A DNA stretch of 55,724 nt, taken from Stellaceae bacterium. GTDB taxonomy: Bacteria; Pseudomonadota; Alphaproteobacteria; ATCC43930; CGMCC-115725. The stretch spans positions 1 to 55,724 of the forward strand of contig DATEMD010000234.1 in assembly GCA_035275845.1 (NCBI GenBank). Reading direction: 5' to 3'. Of this stretch, positions 1 through 8,980 are shown one piece after another. Below the pieces are notes generated by a model that had not been told where the DNA came from, did not search any database, and was given only the letters and a program-made list of their open reading frames with translations. Within the stretch, counting starts at the first letter, position 1. Each line of letters starts with the position of its first letter. The translations under genes and the position numbers were made by a program.

Positions 1-2
1 TC

Positions 3-1328
3 CTTGCCGTTTTCACTGCGAGCGTCGCCGTAGCGCTTGCCGCGCCCGCTCACGCCGCGCCGGTTGACGGCGCTCTCCTGATCAACGGCTTCGAAGCGAT
101 GGAGACGCACAGCGCGGGCATCACGCTCGATCCGTTGGGCGACATGTCGGTGGATGCGGCGTCGATCGCTCGCGTGTGGCCAGGCGACGATGGCGGCAAC
201 GCCGGCGTGTCGCACGGTGCCAACAGTCAGTCGATGCATGGCATGGGCGATTTCCAGGCGCTGCTTCGCGACTCTGCCGGCCGTTCGATGACAAACGGCG
301 GCCTCGACCACAATCCGTATTTCTCGCTCGGCACTTGGGGCGGCGACGGCCGCGCCATCGTCCATAACGTGATCGCCGCCGATGCCGGCATGCATGGATC
401 GGGTGCGGATTTCAATTACGCCGTTGAGTTGGCGTTCGACGGGTTTCATGCCGGCAACGACGACCACAGCACCGCCGGCGACGGGCCGACGCCGTTCGAC
501 GGCGTGCCGATGTTCATTCCCAATTCCTTTGGCCTCACCGGCAGCAGCACGCCGGGCGGTGGCGGCGGCACCACGCCGGCCGATCCCGGCACGAGCAATC
601 CCGGCAGCAGCGATCCGGGCAGTCCCGGCACGATTGCTGGCGGCGGTCTCGGCGGTAGTCCCGGTAGCGGCCCCGTCAGTGGTCCCGGCGGCTCGCCGGC
701 ACCGGTGCCCGAGCCCAGCGGCCTCGCGCTATTGCTCATCGCCGTTCCGGCCATTCTGCTGATCGAGCGCCGGCGTGCGCTGGCGCGCCTCGCGGCGCCG
801 GCAGCGGTCGCGATCGCGGCGTTGCTGTTTGTACCCAGCTCGGCCAAGGCGCAGCTGCACGATTGGGAGCAATTGTGCAACGGCACCGGCGGCGCGCCGT
901 CCGAGGTCATCGTCGAAGGCTGTTCTCAAGTGATCGCCAACGAAGGCGAAAGCCTCAACAACGTCGCCATCGCCTATAACAATCGCGGCAATGCGCTGCG
1001 CGCCCTGAACCGGTTCGACAAAGCCAAGGCCGACTACGACAACGCCATTATTCTCGCGCCGAGCGATCCGTTTCCCTATCGCAATCGCGGCGTGACCTAT
1101 GGCCTGCTCGGCGATTACGCCGCCGCGCTCGCCGATTTCGACCGCGCCATCGTGCTGGCGCCGAAATACGCCTCGGCCTATCTCGGTCGCGCGTTTGCGC
1201 TCGAACAGCTCGGCAATCACCAGGCCGCGCTCGCCGATCTCGCCAAGGCGACGAAGCTCGATCCAAAGCTCGTGGCCGCCATGCGCGCGCCGCAAACCGC
1301 GTCGCTGCCGGAATCGACCGCGCGCTAG
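3..1328 (+). CDS. Secreted protein (5' end outside window) with an internal PEP-CTERM-like sorting motif followed by a C-terminal TPR domain
   Basis: The frame of ORF 99..1328 stays open back to base 3. It reads LAVFTASVAVALAAPAHA/APVDG, the end of a signal peptide, so the ATG at 99 is internal. A Gly/Ser/Pro-rich linker is followed by VPEPSGLALLLIAVPAILLIERRR (PEP, TM helix, Arg cluster). Three TPR-like repeats follow (AIAYNNRGNAL.., PYRNRGVTYGLLGDY.., AYLGRAFALEQLGNH..). Confidence 0.7.
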   Translation, partial: LAVFTASVAVALAAPAHAAPVDGALLINGFEAMETHSAGITLDPLGDMSVDAASIARVWPGDDGGNAGVSHGANSQSMHGMGDFQALLRDSAGRSMTNGGLDHNPYFSLGTWGGDGRAIVHNVIAADAGMHGSGADFNYAVELAFDGFHAGNDDHSTAGDGPTPFDGVPMFIPNSFGLTGSSTPGGGGGTTPADPGTSNPGSSDPGSPGTIAGGGLGGSPGSGPVSGPGGSPAPVPEPSGLALLLIAVPAILLIERRRALARLAAPAAVAIAALLFVPSSAKAQLHDWEQLCNGTGGAPSEVIVEGCSQVIANEGESLNNVAIAYNNRGNALRALNRFDKAKADYDNAIILAPSDPFPYRNRGVTYGLLGDYAAALADFDRAIVLAPKYASAYLGRAFALEQLGNHQAALADLAKATKLDPKLVAAMRAPQTASLPESTAR

Positions 1329-1349
1329 GCGCGCGCTTTCCCGCCTATT

Positions 1350-1928
1350 TCAGGTATCGCGTTCCGGCGCGGCGGCGCTGGTGGCCGCCTTGGAAATGCC
1401 GACCAAAGCCGGCCGTAGCAGCCGGTCGTGCATGACATAGCCCGGTTGCAGCACCTGGGCGATCGTGCCCGGCGGCTGCGGCGCGCCCGGCACCTCGAAC
1501 ATCGCCTCGTGCACATTGTGGTCGAAACGCTCGCCCAGCTTGGGTTCGACGCGCTTGACGCCATGGCGCTCGAAGATCGCGAGCAGCTCGCGTTCGGTCG
1601 CAGCGACGCCCTCGACAACGCCGCGCGCCGTCGAATCTGCCGCGGGCACGGCGTCGATGGCGCGCCGCAGATTGTCCGCGACGTTCAAAAGCTCGCGCGC
1701 GAATTCGAATGCGGCATAACGTTTCGCCTCCTGGCGGTCGCGCTGATGTCGCTGGCGCTGGTTCTCGGTCTCGGCCAACGCGCGGAGCAGACGGTCCTTG
1801 CTCTCCGCAAGCTCGGCTTCGAGCTGGGTGACCGTTGCGTTGGCCGTGGGCGTGGCCGCTTCGGGCGCAGCCTCGGGCTGCGCATCGGCCGGTTTGTCGA
1901 ATGCGTCTTCGCCGTTCATATCCTTCAA
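1350..1928 (-). CDS. grpE: Nucleotide exchange factor GrpE
   Basis: Coiled-coil N-terminal part (LEAELAESKDRLLRALAETENQRQR) and a GrpE-type C-terminal beta domain (FDHNVHEAMFEV..GTIAQVLQPGY). The TTG at 1928 overlaps the hrcA stop (TTGA). An alternative ATG lies at 1919. Confidence 0.9.
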   Translation of the reverse strand: MKDMNGEDAFDKPADAQPEAAPEAATPTANATVTQLEAELAESKDRLLRALAETENQRQRHQRDRQEAKRYAAFEFARELLNVADNLRRAIDAVPAADSTARGVVEGVAATERELLAIFERHGVKRVEPKLGERFDHNVHEAMFEVPGAPQPPGTIAQVLQPGYVMHDRLLRPALVGISKAATSAAAPERDT

Positions 1929-3028
1929 CCCATGAGTCGGCCGATCACCTTGGCGGTGTAATCGACCATCGGAATGATACGAGCATAATTGAGCCGCGTC
2001 GGTCCGATGACGCCGATCGCCCCTACCATTTGCTCGCGCGAATTGGTGTACGGCGCGACGATCATCGAGCAGCCGGTGACGCCGAAAAGCGGCGTCGCCG
2101 CGCCGATATAGATCTGCACGCCTTCGCCGATGCGGGTTGCGTCGAGCAGACGCACCATCGCCTCTTTCGTTTCCAACATCTCGAACAATGCGCGCAACCG
2201 TTCAAGATCGGCGAGCGCGGTCACGTCTTCGAGCAGCTTCGACTGACCTTTGACGATGAGCGCGCTTTCGGCCGGGCTGCCCGACCACGACGCCAATCCG
2301 GCCGCGATCAGCTTCGCCGTCAGCTCGTCGATCTCGTCCTTGCGTTGGGCGATCTCGGCGAGGATCGCGGCCCGCGATTCGTCGAGCGTACGGCCCACCA
2401 TGCGCGCGTTGAGATAATTGCTCGCCGCCGTCATCGACGACGGCAACGTGCCGGTCGGCGCGTCGATGATGCGGTTCTCGACCAGGCCGTCCTCGGTCAC
2501 CAGCACGACCAACGCCCGGCCCGGCGCCAGCGGCACGAATTCAACGTGCTTCAGCGCGCGCTCGGTCTTGGGCGCGATGACCAGGCCGGCACAACGCGAC
2601 AGGCCGGCGAGCATCGACGTTGCCTGCTCGAGCGCCTGCGGCAGGCTTTTCCCGGCGGCGGCGCATTGCGCTTCGATGTTGCGTCGCTCGTCCTCGGAAA
2701 TGCCGCCAAGCTCCAACAGGCCGTTGACGAACAGACGCAGTCCCGCCTCGGTCGGCAGCCGGCCGGCGGACGTATGGGGGGCAAAGAGCAGGCCCTGCTC
2801 TTCGAGGTCGGCCATGACGTTGCGGATCGTCGCCGGCGACAGGTCGAGGGCGCTGCGCCGCGCGAGCGTGCGCGAGCCCACCGGCTCGCCAGTCTCGACG
2901 TAAGCTTCGACGATCATGCGGAAGATTTCCCGCGAGCGCTCATTGAGCTCGCCGATCGCGAAACTGTCCGCGGTGGCCAATTTGACCGAGGCGGGCTTGT
3001 TGGTTCCAGTGTCGGGCACGGCGCGCAT
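1925..3028 (-). CDS. hrcA: Heat-inducible transcription repressor HrcA
   Basis: N-terminal winged-helix LNERSREIFRMIVEAYVETGEPVGSRTLA, typical length, and the classical hrcA-grpE operon order. Confidence 0.92.
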   Translation of the reverse strand: MRAVPDTGTNKPASVKLATADSFAIGELNERSREIFRMIVEAYVETGEPVGSRTLARRSALDLSPATIRNVMADLEEQGLLFAPHTSAGRLPTEAGLRLFVNGLLELGGISEDERRNIEAQCAAAGKSLPQALEQATSMLAGLSRCAGLVIAPKTERALKHVEFVPLAPGRALVVLVTEDGLVENRIIDAPTGTLPSSMTAASNYLNARMVGRTLDESRAAILAEIAQRKDEIDELTAKLIAAGLASWSGSPAESALIVKGQSKLLEDVTALADLERLRALFEMLETKEAMVRLLDATRIGEGVQIYIGAATPLFGVTGCSMIVAPYTNSREQMVGAIGVIGPTRLNYARIIPMVDYTAKVIGRLMG

Positions 3029-3126
3029 TATCTAGGGAGGTCCGGCATTGGGGTCAACCCAAGCGCTTGTCCTGCGCGGCGCCGCGGATTAGCTTGCCTG
3101 CCGCCACTTCGTGAAAGGGACCAAGC

Positions 3127-3849
3127 ATGCCGCGCCCCTCCGGCCGCGCTCCGAACGACTTGCGTCTGGTGCGCCTCGAGCCGAACGTCACCAAATACGC
3201 CGAAGGTTCGTGCCTGGCGTCGTTTGGCGACACGCGCGTCCTGTGCTGCGCCACCGTTGAGGAGAAGGTGCCGCCGTTTCTGCGCAATACCGGCCGCGGC
3301 TGGATCACCGCCGAATACGGCATGTTGCCGCGCTCGACCCACACCCGTACTGAGCGCGAGGCGGCGCGCGGTCGCCAAACCGGCCGTACGCACGAGATCC
3401 AACGCCTGATCGGCCGTTCATTGCGCGCCATCGCCAATCTCAACGCGCTCGGCGAACGTCAGATCCGTATCGATTGCGACGTGCTTCAGGCCGACGGCGG
3501 CACGCGCACCGCCGCGATCACCGGCAGTTACGTCGCGCTCTATCTCGCGCTCAAGAGCCCGATGGCGCAGGCGGCGTTGACGGCGTTTCCGCTCGGCGAT
3601 TCGGTCGCCGCGGTCAGTTGCGGAATCGTCGCTGGCGAACCGGTGCTCGATCTCGACTATGCCGAGGATTCGAACGCGGACGCCGACGCCAATTTCGTCA
3701 TCACCGGCACCGGCGGCATCGTCGAGATCCAGGCGACGGCGGAAAAGGGGCACTTCGCCGAGGCGCGTTTCGGCGAGATGCTGGCGCTGGCGCGTCAGGG
3801 CATCGCCGAGCTCGCCAAGCTCCAGCGCGCGGCGGTCGGCGTTGGCTGA
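3127..3849 (+). CDS. rph: Ribonuclease PH
   Basis: [11 protein letters not shown]...YAEGSC...[15 protein letters not shown] and [17 protein letters not shown] are RNase PH hallmarks. Length is 240 aa. Confidence 0.95.
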   Translation: MPRPSGRAPNDLRLVRLEPNVTKYAEGSCLASFGDTRVLCCATVEEKVPPFLRNTGRGWITAEYGMLPRSTHTRTEREAARGRQTGRTHEIQRLIGRSLRAIANLNALGERQIRIDCDVLQADGGTRTAAITGSYVALYLALKSPMAQAALTAFPLGDSVAAVSCGIVAGEPVLDLDYAEDSNADADANFVITGTGGIVEIQATAEKGHFAEARFGEMLALARQGIAELAKLQRAAVGVG

Positions 3850-4453
3850 AACGCGGCGCATCACCGGGGGACGCCTGGCGATCGCGACGCATAATCCGGG
3901 CAAATTGATCGAGATCGCCGAGCTGCTACGGCCCTACGGGGTCGAAACCGTCGGCGCTGCCGCGCTCGGCCTCCCTGAGCCTGAGGAAACCGGTACAACC
4001 TTCGAGGCGAATGCACAGCTCAAGGCGGTGGCCGCCGCGAACGCTAGTGGCCTGCCGGCGCTGGCCGACGATTCGGGCCTCGCGGTCGCTGCGCTCGGCG
4101 GCGCGCCGGGAATCTACTCGGCACGCTGGGCCGGACCGCAAAAAGACTTTGCTGCGGCGATGCAACGCATCGAGCGTGAGCTTGCCAGCAAGCCCGACCG
4201 GCGTGCGGCGTTCGTCGCCGTGCTCGCGCTTGCGTGGCCGGATGGCGCGGTCGAAATCTTCCGCGGCGAGGTCCAAGGCACGCTCGTCTTTCCGCCGCGC
4301 GGCACGCACGGCTTCGGCTACGACCCGATCTTCGTGCCCGAGGGGGGTCACCAGACCTTCGGCGAGATGACGGCCACCGCCAAACACGCGATCAGCCATC
4401 GCGCCCGCGCCTTCGCTAAGCTGGTCGCGGCTTGTTTCGGAGCCGCGGCATGA
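3842..4453 (+). CDS. rdgB: dITP/XTP pyrophosphatase (RdgB/HAM1 family)
   Basis: [24 protein letters not shown], and FGYDPIF..TFGEM...K...SHRARA. Track ORF 3659..4453 overlaps rph. The in-frame TTG at 3842 overlaps the rph stop and gives about 203 aa, typical for the family. Confidence 0.88.
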   Translation: MAETRRITGGRLAIATHNPGKLIEIAELLRPYGVETVGAAALGLPEPEETGTTFEANAQLKAVAAANASGLPALADDSGLAVAALGGAPGIYSARWAGPQKDFAAAMQRIERELASKPDRRAAFVAVLALAWPDGAVEIFRGEVQGTLVFPPRGTHGFGYDPIFVPEGGHQTFGEMTATAKHAISHRARAFAKLVAACFGAAA

Positions 4454-5595
4454 GTCCGCTCGCGGTCTATGTCCATTGGCCGTTTTGCAAGTCGAAATGC
4501 CCTTATTGCGACTTCAATAGCCACGTGCGCGAACGCATCGACGACGCGCGGTGGTCTCAGGCGCTGCTGGCCGAACTTGCGTGGTGGGCCGAGCAGACCG
4601 AAGGCGCCACGATCACCAGCATCTTCTTTGGTGGCGGTACACCGTCGCTGATGGATCCTGCGACCGTCGCGGCGATTCTCGATGCAATCGGCCGGCATTG
4701 GACGATGGCCGCCGATTGCGAGATCACCCTCGAAGCCAATCCGACCTCGGTCGAGGCGGCGCGTTTCCGCGCGTTGCGCGCCGCCGGCGTCGGCCGTGTC
4801 TCGCTCGGCGTCCAGGCGCTCGACAATGTCGCGCTCAAATTCCTCGGCCGCGGCCACGACGTTCGCGAGGCGCGTGCCGCCGTCGAACTCGCGCGCGCGA
4901 CCTTTCCGCGCTTTTCATTCGACCTCATCTATGCGCGCCCGGGCCAGACGCCGGCATCCTGGGCGAACGAGCTCGCGGCCGCGTTGGCGTTCGCTGGCGA
5001 TCATCTGTCGGTCTATCAGCTCACGATCGAAACCGGCACCGCCTTCGCCACGGCGTTCGCGCGCGGCGATTTCGCGTTACCGGATGAAGACACCGCCGGC
5101 GCGCTCTATGAGGCGACGCAAGCAACGCTCCAAGCCGCCGGCCTGCCAGCTTACGAGATCTCGAACCACGCGCGGCCCGGCCAGGAGTGCCGCCATAACC
5201 TCGCCTATTGGCGCGGTCAGGATTATCTCGGCGTTGGTCCCGGCGCGCATGGCCGCCTCACCAGCGGACCGGCGCGCTTTGCGACGCGTCAGATGAAAGC
5301 GCCCGAAACCTGGCTCGCCGCGGTCGAAGCACGCGGCCACGGCACCGAGGAATTCGTCCGGCTGACGCCGGACGAACGCCGTGGCGAACTGGTGATGATG
5401 GGTCTTCGGCTGGCCGAAGGCGTCGCTCGCGATCGGTTCTTCGCCGCGACGGGCATGGGCTTCGAAGACGCTTTCGGTGATCGCCTGCCGCCGCTGATCG
5501 ACGGCGGCTTTGTCGATTTGGATGAGCACGCGCTGTGCGCAACCGCCGCCGGCCGCCAGCGTCTCAACGCTGTCCTCGGAAGGCTACTCGCCTAA
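4450..5595 (+). CDS. hemW: Radical SAM heme chaperone HemW (HemN-like, oxygen-independent coproporphyrinogen oxidase family)
   Basis: CxxxCxxC motif in [16 protein letters not shown] and the HemN_C-like tail. The ATG at 4450 overlaps the rdgB stop (ATGA). Confidence 0.9.
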   Translation: MSPLAVYVHWPFCKSKCPYCDFNSHVRERIDDARWSQALLAELAWWAEQTEGATITSIFFGGGTPSLMDPATVAAILDAIGRHWTMAADCEITLEANPTSVEAARFRALRAAGVGRVSLGVQALDNVALKFLGRGHDVREARAAVELARATFPRFSFDLIYARPGQTPASWANELAAALAFAGDHLSVYQLTIETGTAFATAFARGDFALPDEDTAGALYEATQATLQAAGLPAYEISNHARPGQECRHNLAYWRGQDYLGVGPGAHGRLTSGPARFATRQMKAPETWLAAVEARGHGTEEFVRLTPDERRGELVMMGLRLAEGVARDRFFAATGMGFEDAFGDRLPPLIDGGFVDLDEHALCATAAGRQRLNAVLGRLLA

Positions 5596-6936
5596 ACTGC
5601 GGAAATCGGTCGGCGCCGGATCGACCACCGACGGTTCGCCGCGCTCGACTTGCAGCACGGCAAGGCCACGCTGCGCGATGCCGTTCGGTTGCAGCCGGAA
5701 GAGGCCGTCGACGCCGGCAAAGCCGTTGGGATTGGTAAGTGCGGCGGTCGACAGATCGCCGCCGCGATGGACCAGCGCCACCACCAGCGACATCGCGTCG
5801 TATGGCAAGGTCGCGAGCCGCGGCGGCGCACGGTTGTACAGCGCGTGGTAGCGGCTGGCGAAATCGGCACGCGCCGCCGGCGCCGGCGCTGCGTACCAAC
5901 CGCTGGCCAACGCCGGCTCGACGCCGAGGCCCGGCTCATCCCACAACCCGGTGCCGAGATATTTGACGGTATCGGGGTCGACTCCGTAATACGGCAAAAG
6001 CGGCGCCAGCAGCTTCAATCGCGTGCCGCCTTCGGGCAGTAGCACGGCGTCGAAATCGCTGTTCTGGGCGAAACTCTGCACGATCGGCGCCAGGTCGGTC
6101 GTATCCGGATCGTAGGTGACGACGCGCACGACGCTCGCATTGCCGCCGGTGCCGACGGCTTGCTTGAGCGCGTCGATCGCCAGATTGCCGTAAGCCGAAT
6201 TCGGCGCCAGCACAGCGAACTTCGTATGGCCTTTGCTGATCGCATATTGCACGACGCGCACGATCTCCTGCTGCGGTTGGAAGCCGAGCAGGAAGACGCC
6301 GCCACCCGCGACCGTCATCGAATTCGAGAACGCCAGCACCGGCACGTTGGCCGCTGCCGCAATCGGCTTCACCGCCTCGACCTCGGCGGCCAGTAGCGGA
6401 CCGACGATGATGCGCGCGCCTTGCTGGATGGCGTCACGTGCGGCGGCGGCGGCGCCGTCAGCCGTGCCGGCGGTGTCGCGCGGCAACAGTGCGATGCCGC
6501 TGTCGGGCTGGTCGAACAGCGCCATCTGCGCCGCGTCGAGCAGAGCGGCGCCGAACGCCGCGCTCGGTCCCGACAACGGCAGCAACAGCGCGACGCGTGG
6601 CGGTCCCGACGGCGCAGGTGGTGCGGGCGCCTCCACGGCCGGCGTCGGTGGCGTCGCTGGCGTCGGCACCGCCAGTTGTGCAGGCTGCGTTGGCGTTGGC
6701 GCGGTCTGGGTCGGCGCGGGTGCTTGCGGCTGCGTCGAGCCGCCCGTTATGGTGCTGAGGGCGGAGCACGACACCAACGCGAACGCGGAAAGGGCTAGCC
6801 ATGCCGCGATCCAAAGACGCGGCCGGCGCGTCGGCGCTGAGCCGCGCAGCGCACGGAACGAAAACCGGACCGGCAAACGCGTTCTCCCTTGGCAACGCAG
6901 CGCGGGGCGCCGAGGGTATAGAGGCGGAAGCGGCAA
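5584..6936 (-). CDS. LpoA/LppC-like penicillin-binding-protein activator lipoprotein (type-1 periplasmic binding fold)
   Basis: Lipobox in RRPRLWIAAWLALSAFALVSC, a Pro/Thr/Ala linker, then a LivK-like fold (VALLLPLSGPSAAFG...). It lies divergent from rsmI, as lpoA does in E. coli. The start is uncertain: TTG at 6936 or TTG at 6876. Both overlap the rsmI 5' end. Confidence 0.7.
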   Translation of the reverse strand: MPLPPLYPRRPALRCQGRTRLPVRFSFRALRGSAPTRRPRLWIAAWLALSAFALVSCSALSTITGGSTQPQAPAPTQTAPTPTQPAQLAVPTPATPPTPAVEAPAPPAPSGPPRVALLLPLSGPSAAFGAALLDAAQMALFDQPDSGIALLPRDTAGTADGAAAAARDAIQQGARIIVGPLLAAEVEAVKPIAAAANVPVLAFSNSMTVAGGGVFLLGFQPQQEIVRVVQYAISKGHTKFAVLAPNSAYGNLAIDALKQAVGTGGNASVVRVVTYDPDTTDLAPIVQSFAQNSDFDAVLLPEGGTRLKLLAPLLPYYGVDPDTVKYLGTGLWDEPGLGVEPALASGWYAAPAPAARADFASRYHALYNRAPPRLATLPYDAMSLVVALVHRGGDLSTAALTNPNGFAGVDGLFRLQPNGIAQRGLAVLQVERGEPSVVDPAPTDFRSLGE

Positions 6937-7772
6937 GTAAACTCGCTCCCGGCCTTTATCTCGTCGCGACGCCGATCGGCAACCTGGCCGATGTCACGTT
7001 ACGTGCGCTCGATGTGCTGCGCGGCGCGGACGCCGTGCTGTGTGAAGATACGCGCGTGACCGCGAAGCTGCTGGCGCGTTACGGCATCGCCGCAACGACA
7101 CAACCTTATCACGACCACAATGCCGAACGCGTGCGCCCGGCGGTCCTGGCGCGGCTCAGAACCGGCGGCGCCCTGGCGTTGGTGTCGGACGCGGGCACGC
7201 CGCTGGTGTCCGATCCGGGCTACAAGCTCGTCCGCGCCGCGGTGGCGGACGGCATTGCCGTGACTGTCGTGCCCGGCGCATCGGCGACGCTGACGGCCTT
7301 GCTCGGCTCGGGCTTGCCGCCCGATCGGTTCCTGTTCGCCGGCTTTCTGCCGCCCAAGGCCGCCGGCCGCCGACGGGCGCTCGACGAGCTCAAGGATATC
7401 GCCGCGACGCTGGTTTTCTTCGAAAGCGCGCCGCGTCTCGCGGAAAGTCTGTCGGATATGGCGGCGGTTCTCGGGCCGCGCCCGGCGGCGGTAGCGCGCG
7501 AGCTGACCAAGTTGCACGAAGAGATCCGGCGCGATGATCTCGCCGCGCTGGCAGCGCATTACCGGACAGCCGGTCCGCCCAAAGGCGAACTGGTGCTGGT
7601 CGTCGGTCCGCCGGCGCCCGCGGCGGCCAGCGAGTCCGACCTCGATCGCGCGCTGGGCGCTGCGCTCGCCCACAAGAGCCTGCGTGAAGCGGTCGAGGAG
7701 GTCGCGGCCGCCACCGGCGCGCGTCGCCGCCAGGTCTATGCCCGGGCGCTGGCGCTCAAAGGCGGCCGATGA
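6801..7772 (+). CDS. rsmI: 16S rRNA (cytidine1402-2'-O)-methyltransferase RsmI
   Basis: GLYLVATPIGNLADVTLRAL..CEDTR, SDAGTP.VSDPG, and the tetrapyrrole-methylase fold. The only ATG/GTG/TTG in frame upstream of the conserved core is the ATG at 6801. Confidence 0.9.
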   Translation: MPRSKDAAGASALSRAAHGTKTGPANAFSLGNAARGAEGIEAEAASKLAPGLYLVATPIGNLADVTLRALDVLRGADAVLCEDTRVTAKLLARYGIAATTQPYHDHNAERVRPAVLARLRTGGALALVSDAGTPLVSDPGYKLVRAAVADGIAVTVVPGASATLTALLGSGLPPDRFLFAGFLPPKAAGRRRALDELKDIAATLVFFESAPRLAESLSDMAAVLGPRPAAVARELTKLHEEIRRDDLAALAAHYRTAGPPKGELVLVVGPPAPAAASESDLDRALGAALAHKSLREAVEEVAAATGARRRQVYARALALKGGR

Positions 7773-8143
7773 ACCAACGCGCGCGTCGCGGTCGGGCGGC
7801 GCATCGGCGCGGTCTCGGAGCCGAGCGTCTTTGTCTTTGGGCGTTGCGGCTGCGGGGTTACCGCATCCTGGCACAGCGTTATCGCGCGCCGGTAGGCGAG
7901 ATCGACCTGATCGCGCGCCGCGGCCACACCGTTGCCGCAATCGAGGTCAAGGCGCGCGCCGACGATGCGCGCGCGGCCGAGGCCGTGCTGTGGAAGCAAC
8001 GCAGTCGCATCGCTCGCGCGCTCGAGCATTTTCTGCAAAGCCGTCCCGATCTTGCCGACGCCGCGTTGCGCTTCGATGTCATGTTGGTGGCGCCGGGCCG
8101 CTGGCCGCGTCATGTTCGCGGCGCTTGGCGCGTCGGCGAATAG
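7769..8143 (+). CDS. yraN: YraN family (UPF0102) endonuclease-like protein
   Basis: GYRILAQRYRAPVGEIDLIARRG..VAAIEVKAR, length 124 aa, and an ATGA overlap with the rsmI stop. Confidence 0.88.
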   Translation: MNQRARRGRAAHRRGLGAERLCLWALRLRGYRILAQRYRAPVGEIDLIARRGHTVAAIEVKARADDARAAEAVLWKQRSRIARALEHFLQSRPDLADAALRFDVMLVAPGRWPRHVRGAWRVGE

Positions 8144-8220
8144 CGACCGCGGCCAAGGGGCTTGCCCGCGGCGGCGCTTGCCTCGATAGTTCGGCCCACG
8201 GTTTGTTGAAGGAGTTGCCC

Positions 8221-8970
8221 GTGCCGCGTTCACGCATTCGCATGCTGATTCCGCTCGGCCTGCCGATTTTGCTGTCGGGCTGCCTCGTCGTCGCGGCTGC
8301 CGGTACCGGCAGCAGCATCGGCTATGTCGCGACCGAGGATCGCTCGTTGCGGCAGAATGCCGACGATATCGTCACCTGCACCCAGGCGATACAGCTTTGG
8401 GCGCAATTCAATACGCAGCTGAACGACGATCTCAACTGCCACACTTATGACGGTCGCATGCTGGTGACCGGCAACGTGCCGACCGATGCGTGGCGCGACG
8501 AGGCGATCAAGCGCGCCTGGCAGGCCAAGAACGTGAAAGAGGTCTACGACGAAGTCACCGTTGGCCAAGGCTCGGGCTTCATGGGTGACGCGCACGACGC
8601 GGTGACGACGCAGAAGATCAAGGCGGAGCTGCTGACCGATTCCGACGTGCACTCGAACAACTACATCGTCACCACAGAAAATCACGTCGTCTATATCATC
8701 GGCTCGGCGCACAGCGAGGCGGAGAAGCAGCGCGTCATCGACCACGCCCGCGCCATGAGCGGCGTCCGGCGTGTGATCAGCTATATCCGCATCGATGCCA
8801 ATGCGCCCGCGGCCTCGACCGGCGGCGCCAGCAGCACACCCGCGCCGCCGCCTGCCGCGCCGGCGGCATCGTCTCCGCCGCCGGTGTCGTCCGCGCCGCC
8901 CGGTCCCGCGAACGCGCCGCCCAGCACGTCGACGCCGCGCGGCGACATCACCGTGACGCCCCTTCACTAG
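8221..8970 (+). CDS. BON-domain lipoprotein (DolP/OsmY-like) with Pro/Ala-rich C-terminal tail
   Basis: The GTG at 8221 lies 6 nt after GAAGGAG. The signal and lipobox read MPRSRIRMLIPLGLPILLSGC. Two BON-like modules are present (..LNCHTYDGRMLVTGNVP.. and ..YIVTTENHVVYIIGSAHSEAEKQRV). Track ORF 7534..8970 is an over-extension across yraN. Confidence 0.85.
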   Translation: MPRSRIRMLIPLGLPILLSGCLVVAAAGTGSSIGYVATEDRSLRQNADDIVTCTQAIQLWAQFNTQLNDDLNCHTYDGRMLVTGNVPTDAWRDEAIKRAWQAKNVKEVYDEVTVGQGSGFMGDAHDAVTTQKIKAELLTDSDVHSNNYIVTTENHVVYIIGSAHSEAEKQRVIDHARAMSGVRRVISYIRIDANAPAASTGGASSTPAPPPAAPAASSPPPVSSAPPGPANAPPSTSTPRGDITVTPLH

Positions 8971-8980
8971 GATCGGCGCG

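Noticed and set aside
3029-3126. Looked for a CIRCE element (TTAGCACTC-N9-GAGTGCTAA) or a sigma-32 promoter in the hrcA/rph divergent region
   Set aside because: No CIRCE-like inverted repeat is present. A CTTG...CCCTAGAT arrangement has the wrong spacing and leaves no room for a leader, so I make no regulatory call.
1835-3409. 524-aa plus-strand ORF. Similar long ORFs occur at 25583..27007(-), 28864..29880(-), 31484..33001(+), 46884..48680(-) and 17844..18614(-).
   Set aside because: All lie opposite or out of frame to genes with strong family signatures (hrcA, hldE, lysS, ABC ATPase, coxL/LLM, cobA). All have Arg-rich, low-complexity translations typical of GC-rich non-coding frames.
7534-8970. 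478-aa ORF that suggests a large protein spanning rsmI 3' end, yraN and the BON gene
   Set aside because: The first 230 codons are Arg/Ala/Pro-rich and overlap yraN in another frame. A GTG at 8221 with a GAAGGAG RBS starts a canonical lipoprotein signal peptide. Similar over-extensions were trimmed for rdgB, dps, typA, ampG, lysS, hldE, the coxM/S/L-like genes, livG and others.
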